Assembly (NCBI GenBank): GCA_032718475.1 | Contig: JAUCBJ010008675.1 | Coordinates: forward strand, 1 to 64,000 | Direction: 5' to 3' | DNA: 64,000 bases | DNA from: Nemertoderma westbladi | Taxonomy: Eukaryota; Animalia; Xenacoelomorpha | Shown here: piece after piece, positions 1 through 12,285 of the stretch | Numbering within the stretch: position 1 is the stretch's first letter | How the letters are laid out: each line of letters starts with the position of its first letter | The notes under the pieces: model-generated | Told to the model about the DNA's origin: nothing | What the model saw: only the letters and a program-made list of their open reading frames with translations | Databases searched by the model: none | Program-made: the position numbers and the translations under genes

Positions 1-1440
1 ACCACTCAGACGTTGATAGAATACACGGGGAGGCGGTCTACATTCGTAAATTTCGCCCACCCCTGAACAAACTCATACCTGGCGTCGCGTAGGTTTATAT
101 CCACATGTTTCAATTTTTATTGAGAGCATTTCAGTATAGCGGGCCACTTGTTTATTTAGTGATTTATTTTTCGCCATGCCCTATCGGATCTACTGTAGTT
201 TTGAGACGTTGTTTCACTTTTCAATTTTTTATTTTTTTCAACTTTGCAATATTTTGTCCCTTTAGTTATTATTCTTTACCATGATCTATCTGTGTAACTA
301 TATTATATTGTTAGAATGTTTGTACAATTCTGTATTTACAACTGTTCAATAGAACCCTGTTCAATAATAAAGGGTTATATCCGATGCATTTTATTTTTTA
401 TTTTTTATCTTCAGTTATTATTATTTTTTATTTATTTTTTACCATGGTGCCCCTTATTTTGTATTTTATCCACCCTATAACTGACCTACCATATTTTGTT
501 TGAGGTTTCTAATTTTTATGTACAACCATCCCTTTGTGCGCACTTTATCTGATCTACTGTACTCTTGTGTTTACTTTGGAGATGGTCAAGTTACTAAAAA
601 ATTTTCAATTTTTCATTGTCAGCTATTAAAATGTGGCGTGCCGGTAATTTAGTTTATTTTATGTTTAAAATAACCTATCGTAACTACTGTAGTTTAAGAT
701 TTTGCACAAGTTTAAATTAATTTATTCCAATACGCCGTGCCTTTATTTACTTTTAACGATGCCCTATTTGTTCTACTTATTTTATATGCCGTGTTCTTTT
801 ATTTAGTTCTACTATGCTATATGGTGCTCTATATTAACTTTTCCCGCCCCGTTATTTTAACTACTGTACTGTATATCTTTAGGTTCACCTGAATATTTTG
901 ATCTGTCAACTGTTAGTACGAATTGTACTGCTGTACTGCCTCTGCCTGACAGCCTACCGTACCATGGCCTACACGCTACACCGTACACCACGTAGCCCAG
1001 GCTGTCAGACTACAGAACCAGCATTACAAACCGGTAACGGTATCTGTGGTTTATTATTGTACAACATCTAACTGTATTATTTCAGTATTTATTTTATTGT
1101 AAGTCTATTGTTCGGTTTCTGAGTTTTACCAGGGCTTTGCAGTTTATTTCAGTATTTCGTTATTTATTTTAGTGTATTTCTGTAATTTCCTTACGTATTC
1201 AGCTATTCCATGTAGGCCTACTCTATTTGATTATTTAGTCTGTAATGCAGTAATGTGATTTCATATTGTTAATTATTTACTTGAGAATGGGCCTGGGAGC
1301 TCGAAATCGATCGTAACAAACTCTTTATTTTATAAGTTTATAGGGAATTTAGACCCCAACCTGCCTGCCTTAGAGGAGAGAGGATCCATAATGTATGTTT
1401 CAAATAATTCCCTGAAGTCGGCTTGTCGGTTTTTGAGGAA

Positions 1441-2100
1441 TTATAAATAAGGATGGAACGCGTAAACTCCCTCGTAAGAGCGTCCAGGGTAGTAGCGATG
1501 GCGGGACTCACAATGTAAATCCGCGTTCGCTTCCCAAGCTCGGATGTAGCGCAGGGTAATCATCTCATCTACGCTCTCTAAATCACGATTAAAGGGGCAA
1601 TTATAACTGGCATGTCCTTTAAGTTGACAGTGGTGGCATTGAGTCATAAATTGGGGGCAGACTGCAAAAATATGAGAGTTATTAAGTCTGCAATACGCAC
1701 AATATATCTCCATCATCGGTTGTTCGTGGAAATAGGAGCAGGGTACGTCTGAGTCCATGGGGGTGAAATGGTCTCTCGATGCGCATAATCGACAACGTTT
1801 TCGAGAAACATAGTTAGCGTGTCGATAATCGTATGCGGTGAGACATTGTGGACCTTGATACCACTCTCAGACGTAGTCGTTATCGCTGCTCCGGGGCGCT
1901 GTAGGCTGGATCGCTTCAGATTCTAAGCATATTGGTTTGTCTTCCAATTGCATAGCTGAGGTAGGTGCGACTGTCTCCGCAAGCGGACCCACTGTGAACT
2001 TCCACGACAGAATAACCTGTGGGTATTCGGGGTCTTTGTATAACAGATGAATGTAAGTTCTGTATACAAACGTCCTGAAAGAGAGCAAATCCCGCGCTGT
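1441..2100 (-). pseudogene. C-terminal part of the accessory protein with three zinc-knuckle-like motifs
   Basis: ORFs 1867-2088 and 1441-1758 are in the same frame, separated by one TGA (1867-1869). Manual read-through gives CRLCASRDH..., CAYCRLNNSHIFAVC and CHHCQLKGHASYNC (C-x2-C-x4-H-x4-C). Confidence 0.7.
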
Positions 2101-2171
2101 TTAGCTTCTCCGCAGCTGAGTCTCTTAGGCTGAGTTTGGTCAGAGCGCGGTCCTTGAACTGACTATCAACG

Positions 2172-4070
2172 TTACGGAACGGAGTCAGAAAGCGCCTTGA
2201 AATTCCATCCGTATTCTTGAAAGGCAAGATGTCCGATGGAGGTTCGTTGTACTTTGGTAATGCCGCTGGGTGTATTGGCATACATAGTGCGGAAGAAACC
2301 TCGGCCTTCTGCCCAGGGAGCAATCAGCTGAGTATCCACGAAAGGGTATGGAATGTTTTCCATATTCCGAAAGTCGTTTTGTAGATCTCCATAAACAGCC
2401 GAGCCGATTTTAAGGATTCTTTCGTTAAACAACATCTCGAGCACGGGTTGGGGTAACATCGATCCATCGATACCCATGGCCGGTTTGCGCTCGGTGTCGG
2501 CGACGTAATGCTGCGCGAGCTCGAATTGTCCATGTCGGAGTCTCTTTTGTGTCTCAGTAAGAGTTTCAAAAGAATAATCAATCACATCGGAACACGCTCG
2601 AGTAAATACGTGGGTAGAACCAGCGAGTCCTCGTACGTGTATCATCCGCGTAGTTCCCAGTTCTCCAACAGGAACGCTACCTTCGTTGTCGTAGGTGACA
2701 ACTCCATACATCTCGATAACATTAAGAGTCTCATTCCACTCTTTAGTGGCGTTTTCGAGAGTCATTCCCATAGGATGCCACAAGGTAGCGCATTCGCTAG
2801 CATTAGGTAGGTCTCTATACTTTAAATATTGTGTGGTATATGTTTCCACATCTCCATATCGTTGTATTCTTTCCTCCTCGAATAACACGTCAATATTCCA
2901 GTGTACTAAACGAGTTTTGATGAATCCATCAAGATTATACGGAGGTATTGTTTCTTTCTCTATTCTGGAAACATTGTATGGTTTTCGAAATGAGTTTATT
3001 TTAACCAACTGATCCAGATGTTTATGCAGTTGTTCGAGTTCGACAAGATCGAGAGGATTTATGAGTGGCAAAAACCTCAGACTATGTGTAGGATCTTCCG
3101 GTTTTACCATGTAATATTGTGTTAGGTTAACGTAATAAGGGTGATCTTTGATCCCATAAAACGAGTCCGGTAAAGGTCTAGCGCGTATATTTACATCGTG
3201 TACCATGCGACGGACAAGATCCGCTCTATTGTCCGGAGGTTCAACGAGTATACCATCGACACGAGCGGCTTCGATGGGTGGACGTTGCAACATGGGAGCG
3301 TCAGCGATAAGCTCTCTAGATCTTAGGTTGATATCAACCGGTTGAGGTTGTATCGTCGCAAAGAGTTTGTCTCCGAAATGGGGAACCATCGAGGGATGAA
3401 GGATGGTTTTAGAGTAGAGATCCGTCATAAGGATTTGAGCTTCGGGTTGAGCTAAAGCTGCTTCTTCTCTCTCATCTAGTTCTATATGTCTCTCCTCGAG
3501 CTGATTTTCCTCCGCTTGTTGTTGTAGACGCTCATCTAGGAACTCTTGTAAAGAGTAGGTTCGTCCACGTTTGATGTCCTCTTCGAGATTTTGTATTTCT
3601 CTATCGAACTGGGGTAAAGCTAATTCCTTCACCGCTTGGACTTGTTGTTGCAATTTACGTTTCTCCAAAAAATCGTAAGTTCCTTTTCCGATTTTCTGCC
3701 GAATAGCATCTAACGCGTTTCGTACGACGCTCTCTTCGACTTCCGTAACGGGTTGTATCGAGGTGAAGCCGGGACGGTTGTATGGGTTAAACGGCGATAT
3801 TAGATGACCGCGTCCCAATCCAGTTAGGTAGGGTTGGCGAATATCTAGTGAGCCTACTACCGGAGTACCACCGATCAACTGTTCGGGTAACACTAGATCT
3901 TTGAACAGTGAGTACAGTTCGGGAGGATCCGTGATACTATTAGGATCAAGAGTCTGAGGTCTAACCGAGGAATGAGGAGGTCTGACCGAGTATTCCGGAA
4001 CTCTGATCATTGGTTTGTTCAAGGATCGTTTGAGTCGAGCGACCGTAGGGGATACGTCGAACAGGTTTCG
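2172..4070 (-). pseudogene. Central part of the BEL accessory protein: coiled coil plus DEDDy (WRN/EXD2/RNase D-like) 3'-5' exonuclease domain
   Basis: Open frame from the 4070 breakpoint. Motifs VVTYDNEG (ExoI D-x-E), LPQPVLEMLFNERILKIGSAVYGD (ExoII), FVDTQLIA and SIGHLAFQEYG follow the order and spacing of the WRN-type exonuclease family. Confidence 0.7.
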
Positions 4071-4993
4071 CTCGAAACTCCCATAAGTATATCGTGTAAA
4101 ACTGTGTTTGTTATGTTTTTGCCCAGAGCCTAAGAACCGGCTTTTGGCACCTCCGTGTTTTCAGTTTTTAGTCTTACACTAGTAGGTTTAATTATAAGGG
4201 CATATATCCTTTAACTGACATACCGATCAAACTCATGGAATCACTGATCTGGGAATACACTGACTGCTGACACACGGCTTTTAACAACTGCTGAAACTGC
4301 TAAAATTACCTGCTCAATCGATACTGTATACTGCTATTTGTTGTCGGTTATTCATTATATTTGTTGATAAATTATTATATTGGAATAACGAGAAATAACC
4401 CCGAAAACCCAATATTCTTGATATACCGAAGGTAAGAGAGAAAGGTTACCAATAACGATTGTGACTTATGTTAAAGTGGTTTGAAGTGAATCTAATGTTA
4501 TTTGATAGACCCTACATGAGTCAGTCTGTGTTCCTTTTATATGTGACTAAAATCAGTGAAGATTGGCAGATTAGTGTGCAGTATTGTGCAGCATTGTGTA
4601 TGAGTGAGTCTGTTAAAGAAGCAATTCCTAAAGAATGCGCCATATATGTGAATTATAATTAAGCCATATCGTTGTGAGTAGTTTAAGTCATAACTCTGTT
4701 TATATAGATAAAGCGCCACGTCCTAAAGGAACTGTTAATATTCCCGAAGGTGAATAATATTGTCAGAGATTATATAATACTGTCAGTCGAATAATACATT
4801 AGGCTTACATAGCAATAAAATTAAACCGTCGAACCCAATCTCCCGGGAATATCCAGCGGGTGAATGATCGCGCACAGATTGGTTTCGACTAGTGTAGTGA
4901 ATCAAATACTTGTCATAGACTAAAAGCGATTTAATATCTAGAAGACATCTTAATTTGGTGGGTTAAACTGCCAAAAGTCTGAAAGCGCGAACA
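4071..4993 (+). repeat. Distal part of the BEL LTR (copy P)
   Basis: Aligns by eye to the reverse complement of about 25536-26365 (e.g. GCGCCACGTCCTAAAGGAACTGTTAATATT, CCAGCGGGTGAATGATCGCGCA); clear similarity stops at GCGCGAACA. Confidence 0.85.
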
Positions 4994-5294
4994 GAAGTCT
5001 CGTGGTAAGGGTGAACGGGAATAACGAGGTAATGCGTCTGCGACGTGTACGTATAATATATTATCATATATATAACGCAACGGAACAATAGCGTATAGCA
5101 GCTAACTAGGTAACGGAGTGCGGCTACGGTAGGATGTAGGTAACACAGTGCAGCTACGGTACCAGCAGCTGTGCAGTCGGCAGGTACCGGTCGTGTGCTG
5201 ACGTGCACACCCTGCACCGTGTACTGACACACTGTATGTCAGGCCGATCGTCAGGCCATGTGAGACAGACAGACGGTAGGTACTAACCGGCTGG

Positions 5295-6885
5295 TGTAAC
5301 TTATCTTTTTACCCAGTTTGTGTGCCGAAGTCGAGGCAGGGACCACTACTAACTAGGGTGACATCCATTCACCACAGTCATATAAAGTCAACACAAACAT
5401 CGGGTAAAGTAAACTGTAAGGCGTACATACGTAATATAACTAACTATGAACACACTAAATAGGAGTATACAACTATAATAACAATGGAGCAATGATAATC
5501 ATGTGTGCAAAAAAAACAGTTGGCCAACTTAGGTGTCGAACTCGGTATGGTTGGGAGCAGGTACACATGCGTTATCCCCCAAGCTAATCGGGGTGTTGGG
5601 TAACAGTTGGTGTGCGGGTGGTATGATAGGACATACTGGTTGCACCTCCATATTAGATCGAAAATGTTCACAAACAAAGCGAAGAAAGAGTTCAAAATAG
5701 TATGTAATACAGCTAAGTTTTTCAAACTAAAAGTCACTAATCGGTTTGTTTCGCCATTAGCGGCTGGAAGTCACCACGGATGATTATAATCTCATTATGT
5801 ATATATCGCAACTAACTAACTCGCAGAAGAAGTAGGGGGGGGGGGGGGGGGGGTTAATCGCAGCTAGTCAATGACGTCGGATGGGGCGAGCCATGCACAC
5901 AGGACGCATCAGGCGCGAGTTTTTATGGGAAACCGTAATATTCGGGTGGTTTGCGCACCCTGTGAGGGTGCTGTCGCTGGGAGTTGGGTGGGTCCAGGAT
6001 AACTGGGGCGGGTTGTGGGGCTGGTAGTGGCTCCACCGGTGGGTCGAACGCATCCACGGAGGGTAGTGCGCTGCCAGGGACCTGGCTGGGTAAGACTCGT
6101 TGAGGGACTCGAAATTGGAGTCGGACTAGAGGTCGACAACTGTAGTGGGTTGTGCGATTCGTGGTACGAGGAAGCAGTTGGCCTGTGGGACCCTGTAGGT
6201 GTATGCGCGGAGTTGTGATTGGAGCACCATGTGCTGTCGGTAGCGCTAACGATATACCGGGGGCTAGCGCCTAAGCGGGGGGTGTCAACATAGAGGTGTA
6301 CAAGGACATTCATGTTGAGGGCAGTGAACCCAGGTAGGACGTGGGGCAGTGAACCTTGGAGCATGCGCTGGCTGCATGGTTGGCAAGGCGACGGTAGTGT
6401 TGGGCAGAGATGATCGCAGTGTCGTCCAATGGGAGTTGGTCACCGGTAAATTGATCATGCTGGAAGAGGATCTCGCGTGCAGACAGCCCGGGATCATGGA
6501 GTCAGGCGTTAAGGTGGGCCACCGCAATGGCAAGGGATGTAGATGAAAAGGGTCCGCCGGAGGGACGGAGCTTAACTACCTTGGCTTGCAGTTCTCCGAT
6601 GGTGTGTTCGGCAATGGGATTTTTGTTAATATTCTTCCAGGCGCTGACTTCGAGGAAGAGGTGGTGGGACTTGAGGGTGGGGTCACCAACGAGGGCCTGA
6701 AAGCCTGGGCCGGGGTCTGTCCGGATGATGGCGAGGGGGCCGCTAAGGGGAAACATACCAAAGGCCAGGTTTATTACGGCGTCGCGCAGAGTGTCCTGTT
6801 GTTCGTCGGGAATTATGACGGCATTAGTGTAGGATGACACAGTTTTCGCGGATAAGAAGGATCCACTGTGAATAGCGGTGGAAGA
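5295..6885 (-). mobile_element. Ty3/Gypsy retrotransposon 3' fragment (degenerate integrase core and C-terminus, probable 3' UTR/LTR remnant)
   Basis: IIRTDPGPGFQAL...KNINKNPIAEHTIGELQ is a Gypsy-type integrase core, followed by frameshifted fragments 5868-6533. Possible LTR end ...GTTACA at 5295 (minus strand); boundaries approximate. Confidence 0.65.
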
Positions 6886-6987
6886 CATCAGCGGTAAACA
6901 ACTGGCCGACGACAGAGGGTGGATTGGGGGAGGACTGGATCGGGGTACCGAACAACAAGAGTCCCACAAGAAATGAAAACAAATAAG

Positions 6988-7076
6988 TTGGTGCCAGTTC
7001 CCAAGAAGGGCAACTCTATGGTTCTTTTTGGGGAATCTCATTGATCTCGATTGCTGCAAAACTATACAATAGAATG
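6988..7076 (+). mobile_element. Short non-LTR (RTE-like LINE) reverse transcriptase fragment
   Basis: Translates with one frameshift to LVPVPKKG...GISLISIAAKLYNRM, the LINE RT N-terminal motif. Confidence 0.6.
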
Positions 7077-7113
7077 TATACAATAGATATTACAATAGAT
7101 ATCTATACAATAG

Positions 7114-9127
7114 ATATTTTGGTCATGTTCTCCCTACGTATTCCTATCAACCTGATATTGATACTGACGTAAATACTCCCGAATGGTTAGGAGGACCTGA
7201 CTTTCTCTACAGAGAAGAAGAAGAATGGCCTCCCCATCTCACAACAGCAGAGATCAGACAGGCCAAGGGAGCGGAGAAAGTTAAACCCAAAACTCGAGCG
7301 AGTAAATCGAAGTTGTTTAAACCTGCGGTTGATCTATCGGTATTATTTACTTCCGGAGAGGATGCTTTGGATCAGAAACCCACCGCCACGACTAAAGAAG
7401 TCTTGGAAATCCGTGACAAGGATTGGAAATCTGGAATACCAGATATTTCGCAAGGACTCTCACCTCTCTTGCAGAGAGCGATACGTCACTACAGTTCCTG
7501 GAATCGGCTCTGTAAAGCTGTCACCTATTTGAAACGATGTTTTCATCATCGTTACTCCGGGACAAAGACCAATAGTGATGATGCTCCATCAACATCTGCA
7601 CGAGTCCATGTTGTTAAAGATCTTCCTAAATACAAGATATCCGACAGGTTTCTAAAGGAGAAGATCAGTTACCAGGAGCATGATGAAACCAACAAACAGA
7701 TGCTGAGACTCCTACAATGCTATGAGGATTCCGATAAGTATTTCCTGTTGTTAAGAAATCCACAGATGCGCTTAAGGGATCGCTTCTCTAGTACCATGAT
7801 AGATGGGTTAATACGTGTTGGAGGTCGGCTGACCAACGCCCCGTTATCCTTTGACACTAAGTTTCCCATACTCATTAGAAATCTTGATATACAAATCAAG
7901 ATGATTGTAGATGTTCATAGCAAACTGTACCATGCTGGTAGAGAACGAGTTCTGAGCGAAATTCGAACTCGCTACTATTTTTATAAACCCCGTAGGGCTC
8001 TGAACCAAGTTCTTAGGAACTGCATACCCTGTAGGAAAGCATTCAGTAGGCCTTTGACACAGCGAGAGGCAGAATTACCTAGGGAAAGAGTAAGCTTCTA
8101 TGAACCACCCTTTACTAATACCGGTGTGGATTTATTTGGCCCTATTGAAGTATATCGTGCCCGGACTATAGTCAAGAGATGGTGTGTCATCTTCGTTTGT
8201 ATGACTTGTAGAGCTATCCATCTCGATATGGTAAACGATCTATCCACCAACAGCTTCGTGTTGAGTTTACGACGACAGATCGCTCGCTTCGGAACCAGTA
8301 ACACGATGAGATCGGATAAGGGAACGAACTTCATTGGCGCCAACAACGAAATTCAAGCTTACGTAAAGGACTGGAACAAAAGACAGGTGGACGATCAGCT
8401 AAGGATAACAGCGTCTAGCTGGACCTTCAACGCCGCCGACGCCCCTTGGTGGGGAGGAAGTTGGGAGAGATTGATTAGGAGCGTGAAGACTGCGTTCCAC
8501 TTTATTGTGCCTTGTCGCGCTTATCTCACCGACGAACTATTGCGGACGTTAATGGAGGAAATCGCCGCCTATCTCAACGAAAGACCGCTTATGCCAGTCT
8601 CTTCAAATCCTGATTCCCTGGAAGCGCTAACACCCGCGCACTTTCTACTGAAGAAACCCGTAGCCATGCTCCCACGATCGGAGATCACAGACGGAGACGA
8701 GTACTGCCGTCGAACCTGGCAACTTATGCAGTTGCTATCCCGTCGTTTCGCTGACCATTTCGAGAAACATTACCTGCCCACTCTACAACTTCGAACTAAG
8801 TGGTTTGCGCAGCAAGAAAACGTCAGCGCTGGAGACATGGTGCTTATTGTGGACCCCGATCTCCCACGTAAGCGATGGCAAACAGGACGTATCATCGAGA
8901 CTTATATCTCGAGCGATGGTTTGGTGCGATCAGTAGAGCTCGTCGTCATGCGGCGGAACTTTAAGAAACCAGGGATAGTCTTTGAGACTCAACAGCTCAA
9001 TCGCCCAGTGGGTCGTTTATGTTTACTGGAAAGAGACAGAGAGCTCTCCGGAAACTATGGAAGGCAAGAAACTCTTCCCACGACCACTTCCCTAATCCAA
9101 CCGACATCTAGGGACTCCCCAACTTAA
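7114..9127 (+). pseudogene. 5'-truncated BEL pol of copy P (RNase H remnant and complete integrase)
   Basis: Protein is nearly identical to the C-terminus of the M polyprotein: HHCC zinc finger, GVDLFGP, RSDKGTNF, GGSWERL. About 400 bp of RNase H is deleted near 7152-7170. Confidence 0.9.
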
Positions 9128-9135
9128 TATCGTTC

Positions 9136-9151
9136 GGAGTGGGCGTGTGAC
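9136..9151 (+). promoter_or_regulatory. Polypurine-tract-like site plus TGTGAC immediately after the pol stop (copy P)
   Basis: GGAGTGGGCG|TGTGAC, 8 nt after the stop codon; same arrangement in M. Confidence 0.55.
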
Positions 9152-9672
9152 TCTATTATTTTATATTATTTTATTATTTTTATATTTATGTATGTATTAC
9201 TATGTAATTTTATTATAATCGTTTTATTTAATTTAGTAGAATATTATTTAGCGATTATTTTGTAGAATAGTGCAATATATTCGTGTTTATTACGTACGTA
9301 ATTACTTATATTATATTTAGTGAGACGGCGAAGAAATAATTATTTTTCTCTTTCCTTACTGTCCGTATTATATTATAAATACGTAACTACAGTAAGATGA
9401 AATGTCCGTACTTATTAAAGTACAATAAAGCCACTACTATATTTAAGTATTATTGGTAGGCAGAGTATTAGGAATGCAAAGTTCAGATCCTCGTGTCTCG
9501 GCTAAACCAAGCTCTGGGTAGACCTTGGAAACGACTTGCCTCTTCACACTGACATTGCTTCGTGCGATATTGCTCTCATACCGTATATTAAATAATACAT
9601 ATAGTAGCGTGATGTCCCTTTAACAGTAGCGTATAACGCAAAATAAATCTGTTAAACCCTTTGACCATCTGT

Positions 9673-9953
9673 AATTCTAGTCGATTAAGATATCGCGGCA
9701 CCCACCGATATACTTGAAAGACAAATTCTAGAATCAGTGGTTAACGTCCCCAGACAAGTTCTGGAATAAATCGGTGCCCATCTCAAATATTAATTAGTTA
9801 ATATTTACAAATCAAATAAGTCAAAATCTGTAAAATTCAGATCCTTCAACAATTCTAGTCAATTAAGATATCGTAGCATTTACCGATATTCTTAAAGAGA
9901 CAATTTTCTTAGAATTAAGGATCTTGTGTCCCTAGACATGTTCTAGAATCAAA
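9673..9953 (+). repeat. Imperfect direct repeat of about 100 bp (9673-9770 and 9851-9953) in the pol-accessory spacer
   Basis: AATTCTAGTCRATTAAGATATCG...GTTCTRGAAT occurs twice; mirrored in M at about 14235-14500. Confidence 0.7.
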
Positions 9954-10783
9954 ATATGTCCATTTAATTATCAAATAATAAAATTTCAGGGAATAAATTT
10001 AAATTCATGTCTTTTAATGAATTTAATAAATTGCCATTTTACGCAATTTATAACAGTTCCCAAAATTCCATTAATTAATAGATCAAGGGAGCGGAGATTT
10101 ATATTATTATGCGTATGCGTGTACGAAAGTCTCCCAAACATAGTTAATAGCCGATAAAATTCATAAAGTCATGTATAAAACAGAACATTGACTATTAAAG
10201 AATACTATTAAATAACATCCCAGATCTGTATGCATTGGAATCACCCTAATTCTACCGCTAGCTTTGCATAATGTCACCATAGCAACAACCACGCTAGAAT
10301 TAGAATTGAGTTAAAAGAACAATAGAAAGCTTGTCCCATTGAATAGCATAGGGAATAAATAGCGCACTACTAGTATCCAAGGATACATAATAATACAGTG
10401 ACATTCTGGAAGGCATTGACTAACGGACAAATGGCCCGAATGTGTGTAAGTTGTGACCAGTTGTGTGTGTGGTATTTGTGAGTTTTAGGTTAGGTGAATG
10501 TTACTGCTAAGGTGTGTTTACAGTAGCTAGTCGCAATCGTAAAAGTAACCTAACTCTCCAAGGAAAACCTGAAGTACATCTAAGCCTTTGGGACGGACAG
10601 TCGAGTGACTTGTGCCGGTTGTCGTTGTCGTTGTGCGGCTACGTCGTTGGCGAAAGTACAGCGGCGACGACACATCGGCGCTGAGGATCTCGTACTGTCC
10701 GGGGGTTAATTGGAGTAGGCAGCGACGCTCGCTAGCCTAAATATAAACTCCTTATAATATGGATAAACTCATATATAGCAGAT

Positions 10784-12130
10784 ATGACGGAGTTGATAGA
10801 AGATGGTCTTGGTATCGGGGAGCGATATACTCTACTTTTACAAGCGTTTGTTGATAGCTTAATACGCGGCGACGTTAGTCCAACTGCTGCGGAGGACGAT
10901 GGTCGTTATATCGAACCGACAATGTCCCAAGTGCAGCTCTCGCGAGAGTTGGACTATAGAAAATTCGCTGCTCGATATACGCAGCGTAATGGTACGTATA
11001 TGGGCTTCTTAACTACTGGTCATCCTATCGATTTACACGATACGGACAATGTCGACACCAAAAGGGAAATGGTACGATTGAAATATCCTACCCAGCGGAG
11101 GCGGAACGATAAACCGAGAATGGAACACGAGAATTCTATTCGAAACAGACTCGAAAGAGAAGACGTTGAGGAGCCGGATAAACGCAGCGACTTCAACGAT
11201 TATCTGGAATTCCTGATAGAAACATATCTCAATATTACCAGTCAACAAAATCTAGAAACTCGATATCCTCAAGGTATACATCATGACCGCATGGTAGAAC
11301 TCAAACGGCTCGATTCCCCTATGATGTATCTTACCGCCGATCGACCGCTACCTGTTGTACCGAATAGCTTCGAACGGATGGAGGAATATTGTAAGCTGGA
11401 GAAAGATCACTCGCGTTTCCCCTACAAGACGTACGTTTTTGGGTATTATTACGGTAAATGCCCTAGACCCAACTAATAAACGGAAAGACATAAACATCCA
11501 CGGAGACCGAAACTTGTTGACGTATCACCTATGCTCACTCGGCTCGAACGATCCTGGAGTAAACCTACGATCAGAGTCCCGGAATACTCGGTCAAACCTC
11601 CTCATTCCTTAGTTGGACCTCAGACCTGCGATCCTGGTGGTGTCGCGGATCCTCGCGGACTGTATTCACTGTTCAAAGATCTAGTGCTACCCTAACAATT
11701 AATCGGTAACACTCCGACAGTGATTTCTAGCTAGCCGCCCATCTTACCCAGCCGGATTGTGACGCGGACACCTAATATCACTATCCAACCGTATGGTCGT
11801 CCCCGTTTAACGCGATACAACCCCTCATCAAGGTGAAGGAGAGCTTTGTACGAAACGAGTTAAACGCTATTCTATAGAGATCAAAAGAGAAACCTGCGTT
11901 TGTTCAGATAAACGTAAGTTATAACAGTAAGTCCAGTCGATAAACGAATTGGCCTTATCTCAATTCGATTAGGAAATCCAGAATCTCTAAGAAGTTATCG
12001 AACTTGGACGATCCTATTCTCTGCGAGAGTTTTTGGATGAACGTATCCAGCTACGAGCGGAGGAAAATCAGCTCGAGGAGAAGCATATCGAAACGGCAGA
12101 TACCTCGACCACAATCCTACACCTTCTGAT
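10784..12130 (+). pseudogene. Accessory gene of copy P (N-terminal part; degenerate after 11476, 3' part deleted)
   Basis: 230-aa ORF. Beyond TAA-TAA (CAG-CAA in M) the frame reads ...HPRRPKLVDVSPMLTRLERSWSKPTIRVPEYSVKPPHS, homologous to the start of the 2172-4022 ORF. Confidence 0.8.
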
Positions 12131-12285
12131 GCAATCATATTGCACCCTTCACCCAGGAGTTATGGCCCTCCTAGTAAAGTGGCTCCCCCAAAGAGAAAAG
12201 GACTCTTGCTAGCCTCAAAAAACTGCGTAAACGCCGTCCGCGCAAGAAAGACTAACTGTTTAGAGTATCTTTATATTTTAGAAAC

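Noticed and set aside
2172-4022. env gene
   Set aside because: No signal peptide, transmembrane anchor or Cys-rich ectodomain; the motifs fit an exonuclease instead.
9388-9670. Hammerhead or HDV ribozyme in the conserved spacer
   Set aside because: No CTGATGA/GAAA core or nested pseudoknot pattern recognised.
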